DNA from: Squalus acanthias
Taxonomy: Eukaryota
NCBI GenBank assembly: GCA_030390025.1
Contig: CM059430.1
Coordinates: forward strand, 3,782,001 to 3,846,000
DNA length: 64,000 nt
Direction of reading: 5' to 3'
The notes beneath the pieces are model-generated. The model saw only the letters and a program-made list of their open reading frames with translations, searched no databases and was not told the DNA's origin. Shown in pieces: positions 22,296 through 34,978 of the stretch (the stretch's first letter is position 1; each line of letters begins with the position of its first letter). A program made the translations under genes and the position numbers.

Positions 22296-25200
22296 CCCAT
22301 TTTGTAAACCGCTAATGACATGGACATTGTAGTGATAATAAAATTCTGCCGATTATCTGGCTGAAACACCCTACAACAAACTAAAAAATTGTGTCTAATC
22401 TAGAGAGGGTTTCGTTCACTCAAATTTCACAAGTCAGAATCGTTATGAATACCCTTGTTCACACATTTTCACGTTTCACTCCAAGTTTAAAGTTGACACG
22501 TCAATTTTCCATCGCGCTACAAAGAAAACCTCCCTCTGCAGGTTCTGAGCAACAATGGTACTTAACTGCTCGGAGTCATTAACCTTTAGTGCAGTGTGGT
22601 GTAATGTGATGTACTACACTGAAGTCTACTGAAGGGCCCTATTGATCCAGCTGGTCTTTTCCACATAGTTTGTGCCTTCAAAGTTGTTTATGATCAATAT
22701 GCAAATGACTCACTGCATTGATCCAATATTAATTTTCAATTAGGAAATCCACAGGGGTCTCGAGGGTCAATATCTAACAATTCAAAGAAAAATCTTGAGC
22801 AGGTGTAGGCATCGACATACTCCACCGCTGAACAGCTTACTTATTTCACATTTATTCTCTCATTTCCTTTTTATTCTGTCATGTACACTTCAGCACAAAG
22901 GGGCTTTATTTCCTCACACAGACACTGTTGGCACTGGTGGAACATACAGCAGCACTGTGCAGAGTTGTCAGTCCCACAGATATTCAGAAACTACTGGCGT
23001 ATAAACAGCGATGCTATCAAAATTAAACACTTTAGCCAACAATCTGCTTGAAAAGCTCTGGTATTAAAGGCCTGCCACGGTATTCCGAGATCTCTGAGCA
23101 ACTTGCGGTGTTAACTAGTACATTTCCTACCAAGCCTAATTGGTTTATGGATAACATTAATTACCATGTTGCTCATTAATGGATGAAATCTTTATTGGTT
23201 CCATTGATCAGTGTGACTTGTTCCCCATCTTCCTAACCAATGGTGGATATAACAAGATCATTTATTGGCATATCAATTAATGTAATCAATTCCGAGCTCG
23301 CAGATGCCATTCGCTGTAAGGCTTGTTTAAACATACAGGACAAAGGTGCAGACATACTGGTTTCAAATTATATGATATATACATACCTTTTAACTCTTTT
23401 CACATGACTTTTAGTCTAAATTTTCCAAATATCCAAAATAATTTTCAAAGTACAGTACTTTATGTGGAGTCAATCAGGAAAAAAAAGCTCATTATAACAC
23501 AGGTATGATGGTCAGCTTTATTTAAAGCTCACAACAGTTGTTGCAGGAATATTTCAAGAATTTTGACACAGCCACTTAAAAAGTGCCGGTGTATACAAAA
23601 AAAAAGTGGAAAAAAGCCATTGCATAAGCTAACAGAAAGGAGGAGTGTGTTTAAAAACTTTAAATACATGCATTATTATATATGTTACAAATATTGACTG
23701 CACCGGAGGGGTAGTAGCAATAAACTATTGACCGAAAGGTCACACCTATAACCCAGGGGACAGCAGTTTGTTTTACAGTCTGTTAAGTACAGTCAATGTT
23801 AGTTTAATTATTGGATGGAAGTTTATTTAAAAACTGTTAAAACCTTTCCACCTGTTATGCACAACCCCGCACGTTGTGACATCAGTGGGCACCAGTCTCT
23901 CTTTGATTGTTTGCCAATGACATTCACTGGGAACCAGTGCCTGCCCACATCAATTAGTGGGTAATAGTGAAAACTATTACACATGAAGGACAGTCACAGG
24001 CCACTAATCACAGTCCAGTAGCATTAGGAAATGATTGGATCATCATTCTTGTTTCCACATATATTTTTATTTTTAAATTAAGTATACTCCTGATATCAGT
24101 ACGCAAGTTTAAAACCATCTATCCCAGTTACACTATTTGCCAGTTTACAAGTGAAAAGATTAACACAAAATGACCTGTCCAAACATACACTCGACCTTCA
24201 TGCACATCTGCTAATTTTAAAAAAAAACCTCCATTGGGAGACAATGAGGGAACTAAGACAAAGATGTCTTCATTTTACTTCTGAGATGTGGAAAAAAATT
24301 CTGAGGCTTTCTCAGATATCCTCACTCTCACAGGCACTTACTAGCAAACTATAGGTTAATAAAGCAGGCCACATAAAACTCTCACTGCACCCAGAATGTG
24401 TTATTTTAGATGTGCCATGTGAAATTACAGCATTTTCCCTCCATTTTTCTGCATATTTTTCTTCAAGGCGCTGATTCATGCTGGGACACAGGTGGGGGCA
24501 GTTCTGCAGAACCTTATTGAAATGGCATTCTTCCTATATGAGCGGTAAGCGGCTATTGGACTATGGGCGCCTAAGCCCCCACACTAAGCCAACAGCAGAG
24601 GTGACTGGACAGCCATCAGGAAATATTTTCCCTCCTGGTGTTACTAAGGCCAAGTATAGTGTCTCAACTGTCACTCTGGCTGAATATAATGTTACTTAGA
24701 AAAAATGCATCTTGCATACTTGACTATGGCACACAAATTTAGCTTTCCGTAACTATCTTTCCTTGTCCATTCTCTGAAGCCACTGGGCTGGAGTAATTGA
24801 CATGGTGTAATGATAGGAACATTCAGCATCACATCATTTAGCCTCGATATGTCAAATATTAAACACATGGAGGAACAACACAAAAGTCACTTGGCTTTTA
24901 TGTAAGCATCTACCATTATCATTGAAGATTCTTGGAATGCAGAATGCATAGAAAAACCTAGCACAAGTTGGATACTTGCTTTGTGCCATTTGTTGCTTAT
25001 TATTGAAATAATAAATAAAAATGAAAACAAATCCAATCCTGCCTACTCTGCTTCCTTTATTCATTTATCCCATCAGAAACATTTCATTAATAATCAGTGG
25101 AGCATTTTTCAGGATTTGTGTCCAGCATTGCCCTCTTTTCTCAAAATATCTTTAAAAGATATCCAAGAACGCAGCAGGCTTTTATCAACCTACTGAAGTT

Positions 25201-26999
25201 CAGAATGAACTAAAAGGATTTTATAATCTTCCAATACAGAGACATTTCTAAGGGACCAAAAGTACCTCACTGAATATAGTACAGTTTTATTTTGAAACAT
25301 CTTCTCATTGTTACATTACATGCCAACAAATAGGATGCTGTCTCTTTCGAAATTACAGAATTAATATCGACGTAAACTGTAAAACAAGCAAGTACTGTGA
25401 AACAGAGGGACAGAAAAAGAGTGATCGAAAAGCAAGCTCTGCAGCAACAGCATTTGTTTGGGAGAATGAACATTTCAAAAAGCTGTCACTTCTCATGTAT
25501 AACACCGACTTCCTTAAGGTTCAACGACACGGAGGCAAATCACTAATAGCTGAGGACAACCAACTGCCGACACGCGACCCCACACGTGCCTCACAAGTGG
25601 CACAAAACCAAAGAAGGCGAGGTAACCGTGATGGAAACAACAGCGCCCTCTCAACTACTCTGCCTCTCCTGTGCCGATTAGACACACAGCACCAGCAACA
25701 TGTTCAGTGATTGTACTCCGTTTCCTTTCCACCCCCCCATCCCCAAAACCTCTAAATTATGGACGAGCTCCTACATACTCTCTAAATGGTTACTTGACAT
25801 AAGTTGTAGGTTACAATGTAGTTCTACACAATAGTTAATGCAGTACTAATGCATACGCTGCCAAGCCTCTCCTGCTAATATGCATACTTGCCTAACAGTC
25901 GCTGTTTTATTGTCCTCAGTAATCTTGCGGAACATGAATTAGGGATTGCAAGGATAAGATACTCAGGTCTGCTGGAGCACTAGCTTTAGAGCTTTAACTG
26001 TACATAAATGCCACTACAATGTTCTTTATGTCATCTTTATGATGGCCCACGCCTCAAGTGGTGAGCCAGCAGCTTCTAGTTTGTGATATGTTCCTGAAGT
26101 TTAAAACTGAACTGTTAGCATTTAAGGATTGGGATGTTCAGGCTTAGCATATTAATACTGAATGAATTATGGTTCATTCCGATAGTGGAGTATTTGCTGA
26201 AATAAAATGCACGATTATCAAAAGGCGATACCTACAATGGGAACAGAGAGATACCGTCCTTTAACAAATGCTGAACCACAGCAGGAGCTACTTCAAACAA
26301 TTTCAGCATTGCACACTTGTGGTAAGCCACACTAGTTTCCGGAGGTAATAGTAAATTAAATTAGGAAAAAAACTCCTAGGAATTAAAATGCTGAAAGAAG
26401 TTAATGGAGACAAAGATGCAATTACATTTATTTGAGTGTCACTTTTGAATGGCTACGGCAAACTTCTAAAATATTTAATATTGTGCTGAAGGTATGATGT
26501 AATCACACATAAAATAGAAGCAAACCCATTACAATGAGCATCTGATACAGTTCTGATATTGTACACAAAGCAATTCTAATGGGAATTGCATAAAGGGGAA
26601 CAATCCCTGCTCACCGAGAACAGAATGCTGGGATTGTCAAAACTCAACATCTCGCAAATTAAAGACTAAACACTCAAAATTTAAAGGGCCATGTTTGGCA
26701 AGTCTAACTATTGTCAATGCTCCACTGATACTTACAGCTATCCTTTCTTTAAAGCAGTATAAAACTACCTATGTTTTATATATTTAGATTGGTAGAAATA
26801 GCTGTGCAGACTTCACTATTTGAGTAACACTCGTGAACAAACTCCCCATTTTCACTCATCTCCTGGAACAATGCAAGGCCTCTTTATAACAAAAGCTACA
26901 TAATTAAAAAGCTGGCACTGATCAGCAACACAGTTCCTAAAATTGGTTATGACAGCTCAGTATGAAGCTGAACTTAATAATTCAAACAATCCTGCATGC

Positions 27000-27340
27000 T
27001 CTGTTACCTTGCCCAAGTGGCTAGTCTTCATGTGTGAGCATAGTCAGTGAATGTCAGCAGGCTATTTGACTGTGGAGGGCTTCATAGTCGAGCTCAATCC
27101 TTTTTTCACGCAATGTCCACTCACATGTACTCATCCATAGGGGACATAAGATGGTGGTCAGGAGTGAGAACGCTGATGGACTTTTCCCTCGTTAGCCAGA
27201 GGCACCTAAGCAGTGGCCTGGCCATCACCTTGGCTGAAACAAGCTAACCCAGCACAAACTGAGCACCAAAACTGGGACTTTCTTGCTCTGTAGGACTTAG
27301 TAGAACAACAGGCAGTGCATTTTCGCACTAATTTATCGGG
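27000..27340 (-). mobile_element. AmnSINE2-like SINE
   Basis: Minus strand: aatgcactgcc..gtcccagttt..tgtgctgggttagcttgtttcagccaagg..caaatagcctgctgacattcactg..gccacttgggcaaggta. Confidence 0.55.
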
Positions 27341-29984
27341 AAGCTTCTCCATTTAATTATTTCCCTCGTGTTACTTGTGTGTAATTATTTGGTTTCTGAA
27401 GTAGCTGATCAATAGTTGGTTGATTGTGAAGTTCTAAAAGGGAGGTGAGGTTTGTTGGCGCAGGGAGATCGCAGTTCTGAATGGTGCAATGTCATCATTT
27501 CCCACAGTGTCAGTGACCATTGCAGTAAATCAAGGTCAACATAGTTAAAAAATGGGATCAAGAGGTTCTACCTGTAGTCATATATTGAATACTCGGAGCT
27601 TAGTGACAGGCTGGACTCAAACTCCAGCAAGCTGACCAGCTGAAATTTTCACATTTGATAATCAGTTATTAATAGAAACTTAAAAAAAAGTGAGGATTGA
27701 TCTGAAGAATGTCCCATTTTTGAGAAGTGAGGATGGTTGGAGAGTTGTGCATTTTCTCACAGCACAGGTCTCTGCAGGAGTACATACATTTTTATCTAAA
27801 CCTAACAGAAATTACAGAGGTGTGTGCGTGTTTCTTCTCCTTTTTTTTGGTCATTCTTTCTCGCGCTTGTTCTTCCTTTCTATTCTTAATTTCGTCATCT
27901 CCCAAAACTTAAAACGGGTTCCAAATTCAAAGTTAAAAAGAAATTGCTGTTTGTTTGCTGGAGAGACAGCAGTCAGAATCCCAGAGTTTATTCTGAATTT
28001 TGCCCCCCCCGCCCCCCCCCACCCCGGTTTTCAGCCTTTAGTTTATGAACATTTCTTTTCCAGCAGAAAAGAATTGTTTCCATTGACAGTTATAGCCGCT
28101 GGCAAAAAATTTACTGCCTATAAAATCTTTTAATTCTGTCCCGAGTGATAGGAAACGTGACTTTTTATCTCCATCACATGTCACTGGGTTTGATGCCACC
28201 AGTTATGTCACAACAGATTTCTGTTTATAAATTTGGGACACATCATTAAACCAGCCTGTTTCTTTCCCATAGCTCATAAAAAATCAAGGGGAAAGAAAAG
28301 CAGAAGAGGAGCCTATGCGTAAGTTATGAAGTAAACCAGCTAGAAAATACAGACAAGTTGCCTGTTCTGTAATGAAAAGCTGATGCTCGATCCTAGTGCG
28401 CTGTTGAGTCTTTAATAAACTAAGTATTTGGCTCCACTAACCACGAAGGTAAGGGTTGCTGCGTGATACTTTTATTAGGAATCACCCGCCGGCATTGGCA
28501 CACATCAGAAAGAAGTTCAACAGAACAGAAACTCAGACAGTGAGATGCTTGCCAACTTTGTTTCGTGTTATGTTATGTCACCACATGATGACATGCTAAC
28601 AACATGGCCCATCACAACTTCAGACAACTGCCAGACACAACTGGAATATGTACAATTACACATTTTCTGCTGTTTCCAAGATAGTTCAGTCGAACAACCG
28701 TCGGGTTCTGCAGTTTGGCAAGGATCACTGTCCAGTCCATAGTAAACAACTGGTTAAAATAAGTTACATTTGTTCGAGGCATGATATGGAAATGCTTGAA
28801 AAGCGCTGGGTCTCACCAGTTAGTGCTGTTCAAGTTGTTTTTTTTTTTAAATAGCTTTGAGCCATCTACGTGGACCAAACGAAAAGGGATGCGTCCCTTT
28901 AAATATGACTAAGTGGTGTGGTCTCCACTGAGGCCCTGTTATCAGCATGGGTTGCAATTTAACTCTGTTTTATGAACTAGCTGTTAGTTTGATTCAAGTC
29001 AGATCAAATCATCAGCCAGGGACTACCAAACCAGAAGTGTTGACCTTCATGCTCCAAGTACAGTTTATCATAGATTTACTAGCCTACTGAAAGGGGCTGA
29101 ACACAGAGGACCAGACTCCTGAAACATTAATCCACACCACTTCGCCTGTCAATACCAAAATGGATGTGAGGTTAATGAATTTAAAAGAGCCAGAGATATT
29201 ACACATTGAGTAGAATGAACTGTGTGAACTCATTTTTATATTTCAACACCAACGACAAGTGTCTTCCTTTAGGTCACCAGACCATCGAAACCTTCAGTTA
29301 CCTGGATTCAGAGCGAAAAAGTGAGCATTTTTTATTTTAAAGGAATAGTTTCCTGGATTTTTTGGTTCATATAAATCTCGATATTTATAGCTATCTAAAC
29401 CAAATCTACACAGTATTATCCATTACTTATCTCAGGTTCAACTTGCTTACTTCTTACCCCAAACTGCACTCTCTTGCAGGCCGCTTGAGTATTCCATCCA
29501 TCCTTCTCAGACTGTGAGTGCATCGCCATGCACAAATAGCTCAAAATAAAATTCTTTCTTTATTTTACTATTTTCATTTTGTTTGCCAGGTTCTTATACT
29601 GCTGCCACATACCAGGGATACTTCCTCCTTCAGCTGGAAGGACCAGATGACTTGGACACAGCAACAATCAATAGAGGCTCATGACAATTTAAGAGGAGGC
29701 AAGCATCTATGGCACAGGGCTGGTCCCATGTGGACCCTCCTTCAACCAAGGTGCAGCACCCTAAGTGCTCTAGCCCAGTGGTATCTTTAAGCACATAACT
29801 CTCTCTCTATGCCTCTTGGCATTGCCTGCAGAAGATCTGACTCTGAATGCTAGCAGATGTATTGAGCATGTGCCTTGATTTTACTTGATCTCCGATTCTT
29901 TCCCCCCGTTCTGTGGAGAATCACCTTACCTTTGACCTACACCTTTGCCATAGGTAAGATTAGAAATTCAGCCGGTGGTGACTC

Positions 29985-30410
29985 AGCCCCAGTCACCATT
30001 ACGCCCCTCCAGGGCTCATATTGAGCACCATCACCCTCCTTATTATTTCTGCTCTTACAAATATTGTGGCAGCATAAATCACAAATGTCACCAGCCACAA
30101 TTGGACAAACACTGATCCATTACCCGAAACCCTGGCCAATTTTTGTTATACAGCTTTGGTCATGTTGTTGGATAACCCCCGGAGACGTTGGCCAATCAGA
30201 TCTATTCTCGTCAACCAGTGAGCACCATAATGGAAGCACCTGCAAAGATAATCTTATGCGCGTTGGACTGATCAACAATACCATACAGCACAGAAGCACC
30301 TGGCTTGTTTCAGAGTCCACTATGATTCAGCAGTCATGTGGAATTGATCAATTGATTGAACCGCTCTCTGGACATTCCTGATATTGAGTTGGCAGAAGCC
30401 ACTACCTTCC
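29985..30410 (+). mobile_element. Highly decayed RTE-clade LINE 3' fragment
   Basis: tttggtcatgttgttggataacccccggagacgttggccaatcagatc translates FGHVVG*PPETLANQI, similar to the RTE C-terminal motif W.GHV.RM...RLP.QIL. Confidence 0.4.
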
Positions 30411-30694
30411 CTGCTAAAAGTTCCTTGATTAGACATTGGTCTCAGCATGATCTCACTGTTTTTACCATGTGGAAATCTCTTCGACAAAAATTGTCTGCTT
30501 TCATTATCAGATGTTAAAAATATTTGTTAAAACAGCTATTGGCTTTCGGAATGCATCAGCAGAGACTTCACACACATGCCTTGTGAGACTTAAAGTTACA
30601 TTTTGCACTCTATGAACTCAATGAAAATACTGAGGTTACTTGCTGGGCTATATTTTATCCTTTCCGAATTTGGAAACTCCTTGCCGGGATACAA

Positions 30695-30980
30695 CATCTC
30701 ACCTAAGTAACCATTCTTCATGTGTAAGTCTACACAGCGAGTGCGAACACACTGCTCGGCTGTGCATCACCATGAAGCCTGACATCCACCTGGCAGCTAC
30801 CCATCTACTTTCTACTGGATAGCGATCAGCAGCAGAAACCCTGGCTCACTTTCCCCTCTTGAACCCAGAGGCACTGAGGCCAATTGTACTTTCCCCATTA
30901 CCATCTGGGCTATAAGCAGCTGCTCCAGCACAAACTGGTCACGGGACCTGGAAACAGCTAGTGGATTTGCTCAGTTATAA
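30695..30980 (-). mobile_element. AmnSINE2-like SINE
   Basis: ctggatagcgatcagcagcagaaaccctggct..ggcactgaggccaattgta..cagcacaaactgg..gggacc. Same family as 27000-27340. Confidence 0.55.
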
Positions 30981-31063
30981 AAACTCCGATACAGAGTCTA
31001 TATTTAGGGGAGAAAAAAAGCACCATTTTAATGACAGAAACTTTTGAACTGTTCGAGTAGTAG

Positions 31064-31486
31064 GTCAGCCTTGAATCAGTGGTAGCATTTTCGACTCTGA
31101 GTCAGCAGGTTGTGGGTTCAAGTCACACTCCGGAGACTTGCGCGCATATCCAGGCTGACACTTCAGTGCAGTACTCAGGGAGTGCTGCACTGTTGCAGGT
31201 ACCTTCTTTTGGACGAGACATTAAATGGAGGCCCTGTCTGCCCTCTCAGATGAACACAAAAGTTCCCAAGGCACTATCGGAAGAAGAGCAGGTGAGCGCT
31301 CCCAGTATCCTGGCCAACATTAATCTGGTCATTTATTTCATTGCTGTTTGTGGGAGCTTGCTGTGTGCAAATTGGCTGCTGCGTTTCCTACATTACAACA
31401 GTGACTGCACTTCAAAAGTACTTCATTGGCTGCAAAGCGTTTGGGACATCCTGAGGTCATGAAAGGTGCTGTATAAAATCTTTCTT
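31064..31486 (+). mobile_element. Deu-domain SINE (SacSINE1-like)
   Basis: A/B-box head (tcagtggtagc..ggttcaagtc), central domain and L2-like tail. Closely similar to 53925-54383. Confidence 0.8.
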
Positions 31487-32704
31487 ACTAGACTTTCTCA
31501 CTGGGATGCATCATTTTACTGAACACTACAACTTGTTAAATTAATTCGAGAGTTAACTATTATACAGGGGAAAGTTAACAACAGGTAGCAAACTCCTGAG
31601 TGTCAGTGGCATTTCCCGAATAAACTAGCCACAACCTTAACGTTGTTGGCTCTCGTGGTCCATTATGGACAGCAGAACAAAACAAGAGTAGAGTAGGTAC
31701 AGGAACTATGCCATTAAATGGATCACAATGAAATCCATACCAACACAGGGACTAGCAATCACGGTGCTATAAAACCCCTGCAACACTCAGAGCCGATGGT
31801 ACAATTCAGATTGGGTCCTCTGCAGACTCGACGTTGGCATGCCGCCCAGATGTTGGTGCAACTAATAGGCATTAGAGGTTAAAGTACCTTTACAAATTGG
31901 ATTTAAAGTCAGTTTATTTAACCATTATTACATCTGGATCAAAAAAGACAAACCAGATCTAATGGGAACAAATAGTAAGAATGTATCATGTAACCTGGAA
32001 TATCACCACTCCAGTGATTGTTTTCGCACCCAACAGCACTTTGTAGAAAAGTTATCACCGGGTGATAATAACCCCTATATGTGCCTGCCTCCTTGTTGGC
32101 TGTTACCTGATCAGTGCAGTAATGACTGGATATTATAACCAGAGCGAGGAACTCTGTTTCTTTAACAGGCAGATGGATTACCCACTTATCAAATTTGATA
32201 GCCTATCAAAAATACTTGGAAGTGGAGTTCAGCAAAGAAAGAGCGAAGTTAGCAAATGTTCTTTTCATGGCAGATGTACTTCTAAAGTTAGCAGCACTCT
32301 GCATGTGGGGTTAAAGCTTTTAATAAACACTTTAAAGGGGAGAAGTATCAACCCATCTGTGATTCTGATGGTGAATTTTTAGTGTATGGCTGCTCCTGTC
32401 ACAAATTCCTAGATTTGAAGAAATGTTCTGTTCCAGGCAATCTCGGCCTTCACATTGGGCTACTGCAGAAACTTGCGCCCACTTAACAAGAATGTCGAAG
32501 TAGCCACCTGAAGGGCTTCCGTCTGAAATGAAAAGAAGGGAAGGGGATTGAAGCTGCACACCATCACTGCTCCATGGCGAGTTCCTGATGCCACGGGCCA
32601 AATTTATGGCTGCTGCCATTTTCGGTGATGCTGCAGGCATTGAGCCAAAGGAGGGTTATCTTGGTTGGCACTTAGAGGCATTCTCCCCAGATGAGAGTTG
32701 TCTG

Positions 32705-34978
32705 AAACAACAACAACATTTGTATAGCGCCTTTAACGTAGTAAAACATCCCAAGGTGCTTCACAGGAGTGTCATCAAACAAAATTTGACACAGAAGGAG
32801 ATAAACTTGGGAAAAGAAGGTAGGATTTAAGGAGGAGAGGTACAGGCTGCGATTTTGCTGACCGTGGCGGGCGACGTTGGTGGCGGGTCACAGCCCCGCT
32901 GCTGGCTCCATCCCGCTCTGTGAAATGATTTTCCCTTGATTGGGCTTGTTAAGCCCTCCCAGCGCCTTTGCCGACCAATTAGAGGAAGCGGGTCTGGTAA
33001 AGTCATTTCACGACGCGGCATCAGTCGGTTTCCTTAAAGGGACCATGGCCAACTTTCTTTTGACATTTATGCTGTCAGTGTTCTACAGGATTGAGGTGCT
33101 GCAAACACTGACAATCACTGCACAGAGGCACAGGGCTGCACCCAGGCTCTCCCATGACTCCCTCCATATGCTTATGGATGGAGTCACAGCACGCAGGGAG
33201 GTCCCTCTTCCCTTCCCATTAGCGGAAGAGACCTCCCCAGGAGATCAACACAGCCTGGTTGCACATTGCAAAGGAGGGCACAAGCAGGGATGTGGTCAGG
33301 AGGACCTGGGTGCAGTGGCACAAACCTTTCAATTATCTCAGTAGATCACAAAACGTTAGTACAAAGCCACACTCAGCCTCATCCTGCTGTGCCTCTCATC
33401 ACATCCCCATCACTCTGCCTTCCCTACCCTACTCCTGCACATCCAACACCAACTTATCTTGCACCTCCACCCATCCCTCTCTATCGAAATTATCACTTCG
33501 CCATCTCACTAGCCACCCCTCACACGCACCCTCATCCTAGTGGAATCATACCAACTAACAACATACAAAGGTAGGCACTTGGGTGCTTTATGCAATGTTT
33601 ATGTAAAGTTTCGGTTAATGTGGTGTCAAACATTGAAACCTTTATTTTCAACACTTTGCGTTCTTGGACAGATCTGTGTGCACCTTTGGAAGTGGCTTAG
33701 TGAGTTGCAGTGAATGGTGAGACATAACGGTACCCCCTGCAATGGTGATGAGTGTGAAAGGAATGGCTTGGACATTGTAGGGATGCTTTATGGTGTTGGT
33801 GTGGGGTAGTGCCAACCTGGCGCATCATGTGACAGCCAGGCTGTACAGCGTCAAGTGAAGTAAATCTGGCCATGGTCAGGCCATCCCGGGCCTGCCAGGC
33901 AGCAATGTGGTCGGGTGCTGATGCCCTGTGTCCTGTGCAGCATCAGTTGATTGCGGAGAAGGTTGGTGTGGTTGTTGGTGCTGCTGGTGTTGGGGCTGAT
34001 CGTGGTGGGATTTTGAGGACCAAGCTGAGAGAGTGCAAAGGGCACCCATGCTGATGGAATAGATGGCAGGTGATGTAGAGATGACAGAAGTGATCTGTCA
34101 ATGGTGAGAGAGGTAATGAAGTCAGACTGAATGGAGACTTGTGTAAAGACCTGCAGCATGGTGCATCTGTTGTGGAAATGTAGTGAGGAATAGCTTGTTG
34201 CTGAGGGAAGATATCTCTGTAAGGTGGGAGCTTTTACTTTACATTTGAAGCTGTCAACTCAACAGCTGATTCAATGGCCACTGAACTCCCATCTCAGCTT
34301 TGACAGATGTGGTCCACGACCAGAGTGGACCCTGTGGGCGAGCAGTTAAGTGCAAAAGGTAAGCTGAAAATCTTTCTTACGTGGCTCTAAACAAGCCACT
34401 GAATACCTGAATTAGGTCGCCCGCCGCTGCCTGTTGGGTCTTCTCAGCGCTGACAGACCCGACATTGGGAAAGGCGCGTGGGAGCGAGTTTCCCACCCGA
34501 CCCGCCACCAATCCCGCCCGCTGACCCCCGGAAAATTCCGGCCACAGATTCGGAGAGGCCTAGGGAGGGAATTAGGACCCAGGTAGCTGAAGGCATGAGC
34601 GCCAATGGTGGAGTGAATAAAGTCGAGATTGCGCAAGAGGCCAGAATTGGAGGAGCGAATCTCGAAGGGCTGGAGGACTGGAGGAGGTTACAGAGAGAGG
34701 GAGGAGCAAGGCCATAGAGGGATTTGAAAACAAGGATGAGAATTTTAAAATTGAGGCGTTGCCAGACTGGGCAACAATGTAGGTCTGTGAGCACAGAGGT
34801 GATGGGTGAATGGGACTTGGTGCTAGTTACGATACGAGGGTGGAAGATGGGAGGCCGGCCAGGAGAGCATTGGAATAGTCAAGTCTAGAGGTAACAAAGG
34901 CGTGGATGAGCGTTTCAGCAGCAGATGAGCTGAGGCAGGGCAGAGACGGGCACTATTAAAGGAGGTGGAAGTAGGCAG
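32705..34978 (-). mobile_element. L2 LINE 3' fragment interrupted by Harbinger copy 2
   Basis: The tail at 32705-32770 and the segment 34547-34978 (QRLNFKILILVFKSLYGLAPPSLCNLLQ) match the L2 at 60290-63170. Confidence 0.85.
32845..34543 (+). mobile_element. Non-autonomous PIF/Harbinger element, copy 2 (1699 bp), TSD ACA
   Basis: TIRs ggctgcgattttgc and ggaaaattccggcc. TSD aca at 32842-32844 and 34544-34546. Frameshifted Myb/SANT segment at about 33115-33350. Confidence 0.88.
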
